A DNA stretch of 64,000 bases from positions 12,212-76,211 of the forward strand of contig JAQVXI010000002.1 in the NCBI GenBank assembly GCA_028709215.1. Reading direction: 5' to 3'. Positions within the stretch are counted from its first letter, which is position 1. The number at the start of each line of letters is the position of its first letter. The notes under the pieces are model-generated. The model was not told the origin of the DNA and made no database searches. It was given only the letters and a program-made list of their open reading frames with translations. The stretch is from Bacteroidales bacterium (GTDB taxonomy: Bacteria; Bacteroidota; Bacteroidia; Bacteroidales; UBA1402). Of the stretch, positions 9,612 to 19,244 are shown piece by piece. Position numbers and translations under genes: made by a program.

Positions 9612-10883
9612 ATGGAACACACAAAATCTTCGTCGTTTTTACGACTGCAGGGCAAAAGCATGTTGTTGCCCTTTGTTTTGGTTACCAGCTTGTTTTTCTT
9701 CTGGGGCCTGGCCAATAATATGACCGATACGCTGTTGTCTGCATTTAAGCGCATCATGAGTATGAGCGATGTCCAGACTTCACTCATTCAGATGTCTTTT
9801 TACGGATCCTATTTTTGTTTTGCCCTACCGGCAGCCCTATTTATCAAGCGCTTTACCTACAAATCCGGAGTGCTTCTCGGCTTACTGTTGTATGCTTTGG
9901 GTGCAATGATGTTTTATCCGGCCAGTTTGACTGCCAGCTATACCCATTATTTGATTGCCATTTATGTGCTTGCCGGAGGCTGTAGTATTTTGGAGACCAC
10001 CGCCAATCCTTATATTATGAGTATGGGCTCGGTTGAAACGGCGACCCGCCGGCTGAATCTGGCTCAGGCCTTTAATCCGATTGGCTCGATTACCGGCATT
10101 CTGCTGAGCCAGTATTTTATATTGGGTGCGCTCAACAAAGCTTCGGCCGAAGACCGGTTGGAAATGACGGCCCAGGAATTGACAAACATACAGATGGGTG
10201 AATTGAATGCCGTTACGTATACGTATATGGGGGTTGGTCTGGTGTTGTTGATCGTGTTTTTTATGATGCTGCTAACACGCATGCCTCGTAATTCAGACAG
10301 CAGCAATTCGCTGGATTTCTTTCCGACGGTCAAGCGTCTGCTTGCCAATAAGATCTATGCATGGGGTGTTGTGGCGCAGTTTTTTTATGTCGGAGCACAA
10401 ATCGGAGTATGGTCGTATACCATCCGGATTGTGATGTCCGAATTGGGTACCGATGAACAAACCTCCGCAAATATTTACCTGTTGTCCATCATTTGCTTCA
10501 GCGTCTCCCGATTTATTTTTACGTTTTTAATGCGTTACATCCATCCATCCCGTCTCTTGATGATGGCTTCCCTGATCGCCATCGTCTGTACATTGGCTGT
10601 GATTTTCAGTAGTGGCATGGTTACGGTGGTTGCTTTGATCGGCATTTCAATATGCATGTCACTGATGTTCCCAACCATTTACGGTTTTGCGTTGCATGGC
10701 TTGGGTGAGGATGCCAAAATTGGCGCTTCGGGTCTGATTATGGCTATTTTAGGGGGTGCATTATTGACTCCTTTGCAAGGTTGGATCTCAGACTTGAGTA
10801 CCATACATTATGCGTATGCGGTTCCGATGATTTGTTTTATTGTGGTGGCATTGTATGCAAGACTGGTGCGCAAGCAGGCTTAG
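9612..10883 (+). CDS. fucP: L-fucose:H+ symporter (FHS/MFS family)
   Basis: FFFWGLANN, SILETTANPY, RRLNLAQAFNPIG, SLMFPTIY; own -7 box TATCTTTG at 9560-9567 favours ATG 9612. Confidence 0.9.
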   Translation: MEHTKSSSFLRLQGKSMLLPFVLVTSLFFFWGLANNMTDTLLSAFKRIMSMSDVQTSLIQMSFYGSYFCFALPAALFIKRFTYKSGVLLGLLLYALGAMMFYPASLTASYTHYLIAIYVLAGGCSILETTANPYIMSMGSVETATRRLNLAQAFNPIGSITGILLSQYFILGALNKASAEDRLEMTAQELTNIQMGELNAVTYTYMGVGLVLLIVFFMMLLTRMPRNSDSSNSLDFFPTVKRLLANKIYAWGVVAQFFYVGAQIGVWSYTIRIVMSELGTDEQTSANIYLLSIICFSVSRFIFTFLMRYIHPSRLLMMASLIAIVCTLAVIFSSGMVTVVALIGISICMSLMFPTIYGFALHGLGEDAKIGASGLIMAILGGALLTPLQGWISDLSTIHYAYAVPMICFIVVALYARLVRKQA

Positions 10884-10904
10884 CCTGCGCATCCAGTCTG
10901 TCTT

Positions 10905-12809
10905 TTACCATTTACTTGGGTGAGGCGGTTGGTTGTAAGATACATTCTGCCAGGCAACCGCGAGTCGATATTGCGCATCATGCATCAGGGTTACACGACG
11001 CAAGTCTGTGGGAATAACCGTGGTAAAGATGCGCAATTCTTTGTTGTTTTCGTGACGCAGCATCAACTCTTCGCGCCAATCTCCAAACAAGTCGGCACTG
11101 ATGGCCGGGTTTGATTTGGTTCCGTTGTTGGATACGCAGCTATCTGCCCGAAAAAGGAGGTTTTCCTGTTCCGTATTCGGATCCCATTTGCTGATGTAGT
11201 TGCTGTTCAGCAGTTCTCTGCTTGAATCGGCGTCCCACCAAATGGCAAAGTTGCACGAGCGGGGTTTGCGTTTGCTGATGCGTTCTCCTTTTGCGGAGTA
11301 AAGCCCGTCGGAAGCGGTGCTCCAACATTCGTGTCCGGAATGGTTGGGGTCGATGTCGGCGGCAAGTCCGCGTCCAACGTCTTCTCGTGCGGGTAAGCCC
11401 CAAATCAGTTCACCGGTTTTGGCATCACGGAAATGGCCGGCACCCACATCGCTGGCAAGGCGCATGTTTTCATGAACTTGGAAGATTTCAAGACCGGGAC
11501 GATCGGGATCCAAATCGGAGCAATGCAGGGCATCCCCGTGCCCCTTGCCTGTAGAATACAAGCCGGTTCCATCGTGATTGATGACGCAGGCACCATAGAT
11601 AATTTCATCAAAGCCATCTTCGTCTACATCCGCAACACTGATCTGGTGGTTCCCTTGACCACTGTAGGCGGCATTGCCTGGAGTTCCGTCTTCACTGTCG
11701 AAAACCCAACGTTGTTGTAGTTTTCCGTCTCTCCAATCCCATGCTGCCAGTACGGCACGGGTGTAATATCCTCGGGCAAATACAGCGGAGGGGTGTTTGC
11801 CATCGAGATAAGCCACTCCAGCCAAATAACGCTCACTTCGGTTCCCATTGTCATCCCCCCAGGAGGTTCTGGCGCCTCTCTCCGGTACGTAGTCGGTCGT
11901 CGCAAGGGCTTTACCGGTTAGGCCGTCAAAGACCGTCAGGTACTCCGGGCCTTCAAAGATTTTACCGATGTAGCGTGCATTCGGGTCCGGTTGTTGTGGG
12001 GGCGTTTGTTGTGGGCGATATCCATCCCGGTTGCGGGGCATGCGGGCACGACCGGCCCACGGGTCGGTGTCTCCATTGGCCGGTAGAACACGCCAATCGG
12101 CCTTGGGATCACCCAGGATGTTGCCCAATCCATCCCGACTTCCATCGGCTGTTTTGCACATGAATTCGGCACGACCGTCCCCATCAAAATCGTAAACCAG
12201 AAATTGAGTGTAATGCGCACCGTCCCGTATGTTGATTCCCAAATTGATTTCCCATAAGAGCGTTCCGTCCAAGGTGTAGGCATGAAATATGGCCGGTGAC
12301 GTGAGTCCGGCATGGCTGTTGTCACGACCCACTCCGGTCATTTGTACGATGATTTCATACGATCCGTCACCGTTTAAATCAGCGACGGAACAGTCGTTTG
12401 GCGTGTAACGCTCAGGGGTTTGCAACGGGATGCTCAGGTATTGTCCGATGGGCTGATTGCCCTTCAGAATGTACTTATTGGATGCCTTTATAGAGGGTTT
12501 TTCACCGGAAGGTTGCACAAAGTATGTGTATGTTTGGTTTTTTTTGAGTCCGTTATCGATCCAATTTGTACCTTTGTCAATGGGGGTCGGATTCATTTTG
12601 ACCGGGGGCGTGTTTTCGCAGGAGCGCCACAAGTCAAAAGCGATGTTGTCCGGGTCGGTTTCCAAAATGCGCCAACTGACAAAGGCGGATTGATCGTCGG
12701 TTTTTACGGCTACAACACCACGGTTCAGTTTTTCCAACTGTTTCTGGGCGGTAGAGTGGAGGCTGAATGGAATCAGAACAGCCGCCAAAAGAATTTTTTT
12801 AAACATCAT
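10905..12809 (-). CDS. Rhamnogalacturonan lyase, PL11 (YesW/YesX-like)
   Basis: EKLNRGVVAV, NDCSVADLNGDGSYE, GAHYTQFLVYDFDGDGRAE, GQGNHQISVADVD, YNQPPHPS; signal ...HSTA|Q; -7 box at 12834-12841. Confidence 0.93.
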   Translation of the reverse strand: MMFKKILLAAVLIPFSLHSTAQKQLEKLNRGVVAVKTDDQSAFVSWRILETDPDNIAFDLWRSCENTPPVKMNPTPIDKGTNWIDNGLKKNQTYTYFVQPSGEKPSIKASNKYILKGNQPIGQYLSIPLQTPERYTPNDCSVADLNGDGSYEIIVQMTGVGRDNSHAGLTSPAIFHAYTLDGTLLWEINLGINIRDGAHYTQFLVYDFDGDGRAEFMCKTADGSRDGLGNILGDPKADWRVLPANGDTDPWAGRARMPRNRDGYRPQQTPPQQPDPNARYIGKIFEGPEYLTVFDGLTGKALATTDYVPERGARTSWGDDNGNRSERYLAGVAYLDGKHPSAVFARGYYTRAVLAAWDWRDGKLQQRWVFDSEDGTPGNAAYSGQGNHQISVADVDEDGFDEIIYGACVINHDGTGLYSTGKGHGDALHCSDLDPDRPGLEIFQVHENMRLASDVGAGHFRDAKTGELIWGLPAREDVGRGLAADIDPNHSGHECWSTASDGLYSAKGERISKRKPRSCNFAIWWDADSSRELLNSNYISKWDPNTEQENLLFRADSCVSNNGTKSNPAISADLFGDWREELMLRHENNKELRIFTTVIPTDLRRVTLMHDAQYRLAVAWQNVSYNQPPHPSKW

Positions 12810-12880
12810 GGTAGGAGGTCTTATTGTATGCGACAAAGGTAGGATTTCCATTGATTACAACAATAGAATTCAATCGAATA

Positions 12881-14263
12881 ATGAGTGACCGCATACAACA
12901 GTGGACTATTTTGGGTATTACCATGACGTCCAGTTTTTTCAATCCTTTAATGGGTTCGGCTGTTAATGTAGCCTTGCCAAATATCGCCCATGAGTTTTCC
13001 ATTCATACGCTTACACTGAGTTGGATCAGTATGGCCTATTTGCTCTCGGCTGCTGTTTTTTTGGTGCCCATGGGTAAATGGTCGGATATTTGGGGACGGA
13101 AGCGTGTGTTTATGATGGGTAATGTGCTCTTTTTGTTGGCCTCTATCATGTGTGCATTGGCACCAACGGCATCCGTTTTGATTTTCTCCCGTTTTCTGCA
13201 AGGCATCGGTAGTTCGATGTTGTTGAGTACGTCGATGGCCATCGTCGTTTCTTCTTTTCCGGCAAATATGCGTGGACGTGCCATTGGGTTGAATGTTTCC
13301 GCCGTTTATCTGGGTCTTTCGCTGGCTCCTGTATTGGGCGGTTTTCTCACCCAGCAGTTGGGTTGGCGTAGTTTGTTTGCACTCAATGCGGTTGCAACCC
13401 TCTTGGTGCTTTTGGGGACGACTTTGGCCATCAAGAGGGAATGGAAGGAAGCGGCTGGAGCTGATTTTGATTGGAAAGGGGCACTTGTTTATATGCCCAG
13501 CATGAGTCTGCTGATGCTGGGTCTGTCCAATTTACCTGAGTTTTGGGCCTTCCTGTTTATTGCTGTAGGCTTTTTTGGCTTAATTTGGTTTGTCCAAATC
13601 GAACGATCGGTCAAGGATCCGGTGTTGGAAATGCGTCTTTTTTTTAAAAATGTAGTGTTTGCTACGGCCAATTTTGCGGCCTTTATCAATTACGCGGCTA
13701 CGTTTGCCGTCAGTTTTGTACTGAGTTTGTATTTGCAATACATCAAGGGATTTAATCCACAAGAGGCCGGAAGTTTACTGATGGCCCAACCGATGATGAT
13801 GGCTGTCGTAGCCATCATAGCCGGTCGCATGTCCGATCGGTTCAATCCACATCGGCTCACAGCTCTTGGAATGGCGTTTAGTGTATTGGGCCTGTTTTTG
13901 CTTTCTTTTCTAAGTCTCCAAACCGACTTCTCGTATATATTGATTGCATTGCTGGTGCTGGGTTTTGGATTTGGGTTGTTTTCTTCACCCAATACACATC
14001 TGGTCATGCAATCGGTCGACTCAACCTATTACAGTGTTGCCTCGGCAACGATTGCGACCATGCGAAATTCCGGAATGATGTTTAGTATGGCTGTCGCTGC
14101 GTTTGTGTTGCACGTATTTGTTGGAAACGAGCGCATTACCTCCGTCAACGAGGCGTCTTTTGTCCGTGGGTCCAATTGGATCTTTGCGGTTTTTTCAGCC
14201 TTGTGTTTGCTGGGTGTTTTGCTTATTCTGAAGGGAAAGCGTTCTGCTAAGATTTTGTCTTAA
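12881..14263 (+). CDS. MFS transporter, DHA2/EmrB-QacA type
   Basis: SAVNVALPNIA, GKWSDIWGRKRVF (motif A), GLSLAPVLGG, GLFSSPNT; about 14 hydrophobic segments. Confidence 0.9.
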   Translation: MSDRIQQWTILGITMTSSFFNPLMGSAVNVALPNIAHEFSIHTLTLSWISMAYLLSAAVFLVPMGKWSDIWGRKRVFMMGNVLFLLASIMCALAPTASVLIFSRFLQGIGSSMLLSTSMAIVVSSFPANMRGRAIGLNVSAVYLGLSLAPVLGGFLTQQLGWRSLFALNAVATLLVLLGTTLAIKREWKEAAGADFDWKGALVYMPSMSLLMLGLSNLPEFWAFLFIAVGFFGLIWFVQIERSVKDPVLEMRLFFKNVVFATANFAAFINYAATFAVSFVLSLYLQYIKGFNPQEAGSLLMAQPMMMAVVAIIAGRMSDRFNPHRLTALGMAFSVLGLFLLSFLSLQTDFSYILIALLVLGFGFGLFSSPNTHLVMQSVDSTYYSVASATIATMRNSGMMFSMAVAAFVLHVFVGNERITSVNEASFVRGSNWIFAVFSALCLLGVLLILKGKRSAKILS

Positions 14264-14879
14264 TGCGGTATACGCATCGACGATCTCCACGAGCGGTATG
14301 GTCGGCACGTTCCACACGAATGTCTGCACCCAGTAGTTTTCGGATGTTTTGAATTTCGGATCGGCAGAAGCCATCGCAGGAAGCGGCCGCTGTGCATATG
14401 GGACAGTTGTTTTCAATAAAGAGATAGCCTTCTTCGTCGCGCGCCCATTCTGCCATGTAGCCTTCTGAGTTGCGTAAAGAGGTGAATTTATCCAGCCGTT
14501 CTTCCAGGTCTTGTGCGCCTTCCAGTTGGGCTTCGTACCGAAAATAATCGTTGTCCTGTTTGTGGTCCATGATTTTTCGCAACGCTTCTTCGCCCAACAC
14601 ATTGCGAATGGAGTGGATCAGTTGGGCGGTTAAGGCTGCGTGGTTGTCGGGGAATTTTTCGGATCCTTTGCGCGTGAGCCGATACAGCAATACGGGGCGT
14701 CCAACACCCCGGACACTGGATTCGGATTCAATAAGTCCTTCTTCTTCCAGTTTGAGTAGTTGCAATCGCACGCCTTCGTTGGTGATTCCAAAATGTTTTG
14801 CCAAGGCCGATGCGGATTGTTCTCCGTTCATTTTCAGATAAGTAAGTATTCTATCGGGTGTCTTAGTCGATTCCGTCAT
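14247..14879 (-). CDS. SufR-like HTH transcriptional regulator with Cys-rich C-terminal domain
   Basis: N-terminal HTH (LAKHFGITNEGVRLQLLKLEEEGL, GVGRP); C-terminal ENNCPICTAAASCDGFC...GDRRC. Confidence 0.8.
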   Translation of the reverse strand: MTESTKTPDRILTYLKMNGEQSASALAKHFGITNEGVRLQLLKLEEEGLIESESSVRGVGRPVLLYRLTRKGSEKFPDNHAALTAQLIHSIRNVLGEEALRKIMDHKQDNDYFRYEAQLEGAQDLEERLDKFTSLRNSEGYMAEWARDEEGYLFIENNCPICTAAASCDGFCRSEIQNIRKLLGADIRVERADHTARGDRRCVYRIKTKS

Positions 14880-14896
14880 GCTTTTTTTAGATATTT

Positions 14897-14914
14897 AACA
14901 AGGAAAAACTTGTT
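14897..14914. promoter_or_regulatory. Candidate operator AACAAG-N6-CTTGTT
   Basis: Perfect 6-bp inverted repeat with 6-nt spacer between the divergent regulator and sod. Confidence 0.55.
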
Positions 14915-14923
14915 TTAATCCTG

Positions 14924-14940
14924 CAAAGATAGTATATTTG
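14924..14940. promoter_or_regulatory. Back-to-back -7 boxes: TATCTTTG (minus, 14924-14931) and TATATTTG (plus, 14933-14940)
   Basis: Two exact TAnnTTTG matches on opposite strands. Confidence 0.7.
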
Positions 14941-15013
14941 CATCATAACACAAAAAAACAGACCGATTATGCTGTTACAAATACTATTGTTGAATCTTTT
15001 AAATATGACGACT

Positions 15014-15625
15014 ATGAGTTTCTCATTGCCCAATTTACCCTATGCATACGACGCCCTTGAAGTAAGTTTTGATGCTCAAACGATGGAAATCCATCATACC
15101 AAACATCATCAGGCGTATGTAACGAATTTAAATAATGCCATCGCAGGAACGCCTGCCGAAGGCAAGTCCTTGGAAGAAATCTTAAAAACTGTCGATCAGT
15201 ATCCGGTTGCTGTACGCAACAACGGGGGTGGTCACTGGAATCATTCCTTGTTTTGGGAATTGCTTTCTCCCAATGCTTCACAAGCGCCCGAAGGTGCCTT
15301 AAAGTCAGCCATTGATGCCAAGTGGGGTAGTTTGGATGCGTTTAAGGAGGCCTTTAACAAAGCGGCTGCAACTCGATTTGGTTCCGGATGGGCATGGCTG
15401 TGCGTGACCCCAGATGGTGGCCTGGATATTTGTTCTACGGCAAACCAGGACAATCCATTGATGCCCGGTGTGGGATGTAGTGGTCGACCCATTCTTGGAT
15501 TGGATGTTTGGGAACACGCCTATTACTTGCGTTATCAAAACAAGCGACCCGATTACATTGCCGCCTTCTGGAGAGTCCTGGATTGGAAAGCGGTTGAAAC
15601 GAAATACAACGAAGCACGTAAATAA
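15014..15625 (+). CDS. sodA: Fe/Mn superoxide dismutase with Mn-type signature (alternative in-frame ATGs at 14969 and 15005)
   Basis: [37 protein letters not shown]. Confidence 0.95.
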   Translation: MSFSLPNLPYAYDALEVSFDAQTMEIHHTKHHQAYVTNLNNAIAGTPAEGKSLEEILKTVDQYPVAVRNNGGGHWNHSLFWELLSPNASQAPEGALKSAIDAKWGSLDAFKEAFNKAAATRFGSGWAWLCVTPDGGLDICSTANQDNPLMPGVGCSGRPILGLDVWEHAYYLRYQNKRPDYIAAFWRVLDWKAVETKYNEARK

Positions 15626-15664
15626 TCTCTGAAACCCATACACAATTCATATCCAATTTACGTA

Positions 15665-15705
15665 AAGACGTGTTGTTCCTTTTGAACAACACGTCTTGTT
15701 TTTTT
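15665..15705 (+). terminator. Strong intrinsic terminator after sod
   Basis: Perfect 14-bp stem AAGACGTGTTGTTC/GAACAACACGTCTT, 5-nt loop, T run. Confidence 0.9.
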
Positions 15706-15745
15706 GAGATTTCTTTCCGATATTGTGCTGGAAAATAAGTTGTTT

Positions 15746-16771
15746 ATGCAGAATCTTGAGGAGTTTCGAAACAAACTTACGGAAGCCATCCGAAACATAC
15801 AGACCGATCCGTCTGTTGACTCAGTTGTTTGTACAACTCCAATTCAGGAGCTCGCACAACATTCGTTTTTATTTTTCATCAAACCGGAGTTGACGGAGCC
15901 CGGCGTGGGTATTCACGTGGAGTCGGTATTGGATTTTTTGTTACAGCGTCTGCAGTTGTATGGTTTTCGGATGCATAAAGTGATGGTGTTATCCGGCGCG
16001 TTTCTCAAACAGCGGGATTTGATGGCAAAACATTACGGTGTCATCAGTGCACACGCCCGTCTTGGAGCGGCAGCCCTGTCAAATGCTGCCAAAAGCCGGT
16101 TTGCAAGCTTGTACGGACTGCCCGCAAAGGAGGCCAACATCTTGGGAGGTGACCAGTTTTTGGTTCATTTCCCATTTTTTAATCCCCATTCGTTGAATTG
16201 TCTTTGGCAGAATCTGCCTTTTCAGAAATTGTCGAGCGGAGCCTATGTGCAAAAGGTACAGATTGATCGGGAGACGGTATGGTTGTTAAATGGTTTTCAG
16301 CCCAATCAACTGGAGCACTTTACGCAACCGGGACGTTGTATTGTTTTGTTTCATATTTCTGCTGATCTTTCTTGGAAGGATGCGCGCGAGGTCTTCATTG
16401 GTGCAACCGATCCCCAGCAGGCTGCCACGGGTAGTCTGCGGAGAGATTTGCTGGATCGAAAGGCGTTTTTTGGCCTACCCGAAGTGTCACAAAGTTACAA
16501 TGGAGTTCATCTTTCAGCGGGTCCGATGGAAGCATTGGCTGAGCTGAGGCGGTTTGAGATGGAGCCGGAGGTGTGGCCTAAGTCGTCGTTTGCTTCCCGT
16601 TTGGCCGAAGAAATGGGCGCGGGTTGGGAAATCCTATTAGAAAATCCTGTGCTGGAAAACGAAGGAAAAGTAATGTCTGTTTTTGATTGGACGGAGTTGA
16701 TGAACAATAAGGAAGCATTGATCGCATTGCAATCTTTTAAGGACAAATGCCTAACTTTGGCGCGCAATTAA
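15746..16771 (+). CDS. Divergent nucleoside diphosphate kinase-like protein with large insertion
   Basis: FFIKPE, KHY, AREVFIGATDP..A..GSLR, NGVHLSAG...EALAE match NDK motifs in order; ATG 15746 preferred over TTG 15704. Confidence 0.7.
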   Translation: MQNLEEFRNKLTEAIRNIQTDPSVDSVVCTTPIQELAQHSFLFFIKPELTEPGVGIHVESVLDFLLQRLQLYGFRMHKVMVLSGAFLKQRDLMAKHYGVISAHARLGAAALSNAAKSRFASLYGLPAKEANILGGDQFLVHFPFFNPHSLNCLWQNLPFQKLSSGAYVQKVQIDRETVWLLNGFQPNQLEHFTQPGRCIVLFHISADLSWKDAREVFIGATDPQQAATGSLRRDLLDRKAFFGLPEVSQSYNGVHLSAGPMEALAELRRFEMEPEVWPKSSFASRLAEEMGAGWEILLENPVLENEGKVMSVFDWTELMNNKEALIALQSFKDKCLTLARN

Positions 16772-16782
16772 CACGTACGTTT

Positions 16783-17142
16783 GTGAAGTATCTCTATATT
16801 TTTCTGGGCAGCATCAGTCTGGCATTGGGTGTGTTGGGGATTTTTTTGCCCGTGTTGCCTACGACGCCTTTTTTGCTGTTGACGGCAGCGTTGTATTTTA
16901 AAAGTTCGGAACGTTTGTATCTTTGGTTGATCCGACAGCCCAAATTGGGTCCGTATATCCTTAATTTTCGGGAGCACCGAGCCATTACAAAGCGAACCAA
17001 AATCGTCTCCATTGCCATGATGTGGTGTACAATTTCTATTTCAGCATTTTGTTTTGTGCCCTTGATTTGGGTTCGCATATTGATGTTTGTGATCGCCATT
17101 GCTGTGACTTGGCATATTTTGTCGTTTAAAACGATTAAATGA
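16783..17142 (+). CDS. YbaN/DUF454 family membrane protein
   Basis: LGIFLPVLPTTPFLLL, SSERLYLWL, LGPYI; -7 box TAACTTTG at 16752-16759 favours GTG 16783. Confidence 0.88.
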   Translation: MKYLYIFLGSISLALGVLGIFLPVLPTTPFLLLTAALYFKSSERLYLWLIRQPKLGPYILNFREHRAITKRTKIVSIAMMWCTISISAFCFVPLIWVRILMFVIAIAVTWHILSFKTIK

Positions 17143-17257
17143 TCGAATAATTGCGGATTTTTTTCTCTAATAACGGAAGCCCGTCGATTTTAATTCCTAC
17201 CTTTGCTGCGTTTTTTTAAACCGTCCAAAGGACCTTAACATATAAGTATAGCACACT

Positions 17258-17668
17258 ATGAAACCATCTCACATTGAACATCTTGGTATTGCTGTGAATC
17301 GTCTGGATGAAGCAATTCCGTTTTATGAAAATATCTTGGGCGTTACGTGTTACAACGTCGAAGAAGTGGCCGATCAAAAAGTGAAAACAGCCTTTTTTAT
17401 GGTTGGACAGACCAAAATTGAACTGCTTGAATCGACCGATCCGGAAGGACCGATTGGTAAGTTTATCGAGAAAAAAGGACAAGGCGTACATCACGTCGCT
17501 TTTGCCGTCGAAGGATTGCAGGAAACATTGGATTATGCTGCTGAAAAAGGCATTATGTTGATTGATAAAGCGCCCAGAAAGGGAGCCGAAGGTTTGAATA
17601 TTGCGTTCCTACATCCCAAATCAACGTTTGGTGTATTGATGGAACTGTGTGAGAATCCCAACAAATAA
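17258..17668 (+). CDS. mce: Methylmalonyl-CoA epimerase
   Basis: IEHLGIAV, KIELLE, GQGVHHVAFAV, IAFLHPKSTFGVLMELC; -7 box at 17198-17205. Confidence 0.95.
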   Translation: MKPSHIEHLGIAVNRLDEAIPFYENILGVTCYNVEEVADQKVKTAFFMVGQTKIELLESTDPEGPIGKFIEKKGQGVHHVAFAVEGLQETLDYAAEKGIMLIDKAPRKGAEGLNIAFLHPKSTFGVLMELCENPNK

Positions 17669-17689
17669 ATACAATAATACCGGAATGAA

Positions 17690-19243
17690 ATGAGTGCACA
17701 ACTGGAAAAAGTAAAAGAATTGATCGAGCTGCGGGCTCAGGCACGCCTGGGTGGTGGAGAAAAGTCCATCCAAAAACAGCACGATAAAGGAAAATATACC
17801 GCTCGAGAACGCATCGCTATGTTGCTGGACGAGGGTAGTTTTGAAGAATTTGACATGTTTGTCAAACATCGTTGTACCAATTTTGGTCAAGACAAGAAAC
17901 ATTTTTTGGGTGATGGTGTGGTGACCGGTTACGGTACCATCGAAGGTCGGTTGGTCTATGTGTTTGCACAGGATTTTACGGTTTTTGGCGGATCTTTATC
18001 CGAAACCATGGCGTTGAAAATTTGTAAGGTGATGGATCAGGCCATGAAAATGGGTGCTCCTGTAATCGGGATCAACGACTCGGGAGGTGCGCGCATTCAG
18101 GAAGGCATCAATGCCTTGGCCGGATATGCGGAAATTTTCCAACGCAATATATTGGCTTCCGGTGTCGTGCCGCAGATTTCCGGGATTTTTGGTCCTTGTG
18201 CCGGAGGTGCCGTCTATTCTCCGGCTTTGACGGATTTTACCATTATGACACGAGGAACCTCCTACATGTTTTTGACGGGCCCAAAAGTGGTCAAAACGGT
18301 AACGGGTGAAGATGTAACACAAGAGCAGTTGGGTGGTGCTTCTGTTCACTCTACAAAGTCGGGGGTAACCCATTTTGCCGTTGATACCGAGGAGGATGGT
18401 TTGAAACTGATTCGCAAACTGTTGGGTTTTATTCCGCAAAACAATTTGGAAGAAACACCGCACATTGAATGTTTTGACCCCATCGATCGCTTGGATGATT
18501 CCTTAAATGAGATCATCCCGGATAGTCCGAACAAACCCTACGATATGTTTGAGGTAATCGGTGCCATTGTCGATAACGGTGAATTCCTTGAAGTTCATGG
18601 AGATTATGCTAAAAATATTATTGTAGGTTTTGCCCGATTTAACGGTCAATCGGTTGGTGTTGTTGCCAATCAGCCCAAAATGTTGGCCGGCGTTTTGGAC
18701 AGCAACGCTTCTCGAAAGGCGGCTCGCTTTGTCCGTTTTTGCGATGCGTTCAACATTCCGCTTGTAACGTTGGTCGATGTTCCGGGATTCTTACCGGGCA
18801 CCGGACAGGAATATGGTGGTGTCATTATGCACGGAGCGAAACTTTTGTATGCGTATGGAGAAGCAACCGTTCCAAAAATCACCATTACACTGAGAAAGTC
18901 CTATGGTGGTGCACACATTGTTATGAGCTGCAAGCAGTTGCGTGGGGATATTAATTATGCATGGCCTACTGCCGAAATTGCCGTAATGGGTGCATCGGGT
19001 GCGGTTGAAGTCTTGTATGCAAAAGAAGTGGCTGCTGCAGAAAACCCTGCAGAAGTGGCTGCTGCGAAGGAAGATGAGTACAGCAAGTTGTTCCAGAATC
19101 CCTACCAGGCTGCAAAATACGGCTACATTGACGATGTCATTGAACCACGCAATACGCGTTTTCGTGTGATTCGTGCGTTGCAACAATTGGCAACCAAAAA
19201 ATTAACCAACCCAGCCAAAAAACACGGCAATATTCCCTTGTAA
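17690..19243 (+). CDS. mmdA: Methylmalonyl-CoA decarboxylase carboxyltransferase (alpha) subunit
   Basis: [47 protein letters not shown]; operon context. Confidence 0.92.
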   Translation: MSAQLEKVKELIELRAQARLGGGEKSIQKQHDKGKYTARERIAMLLDEGSFEEFDMFVKHRCTNFGQDKKHFLGDGVVTGYGTIEGRLVYVFAQDFTVFGGSLSETMALKICKVMDQAMKMGAPVIGINDSGGARIQEGINALAGYAEIFQRNILASGVVPQISGIFGPCAGGAVYSPALTDFTIMTRGTSYMFLTGPKVVKTVTGEDVTQEQLGGASVHSTKSGVTHFAVDTEEDGLKLIRKLLGFIPQNNLEETPHIECFDPIDRLDDSLNEIIPDSPNKPYDMFEVIGAIVDNGEFLEVHGDYAKNIIVGFARFNGQSVGVVANQPKMLAGVLDSNASRKAARFVRFCDAFNIPLVTLVDVPGFLPGTGQEYGGVIMHGAKLLYAYGEATVPKITITLRKSYGGAHIVMSCKQLRGDINYAWPTAEIAVMGASGAVEVLYAKEVAAAENPAEVAAAKEDEYSKLFQNPYQAAKYGYIDDVIEPRNTRFRVIRALQQLATKKLTNPAKKHGNIPL

Positions 19244-19244
19244 T

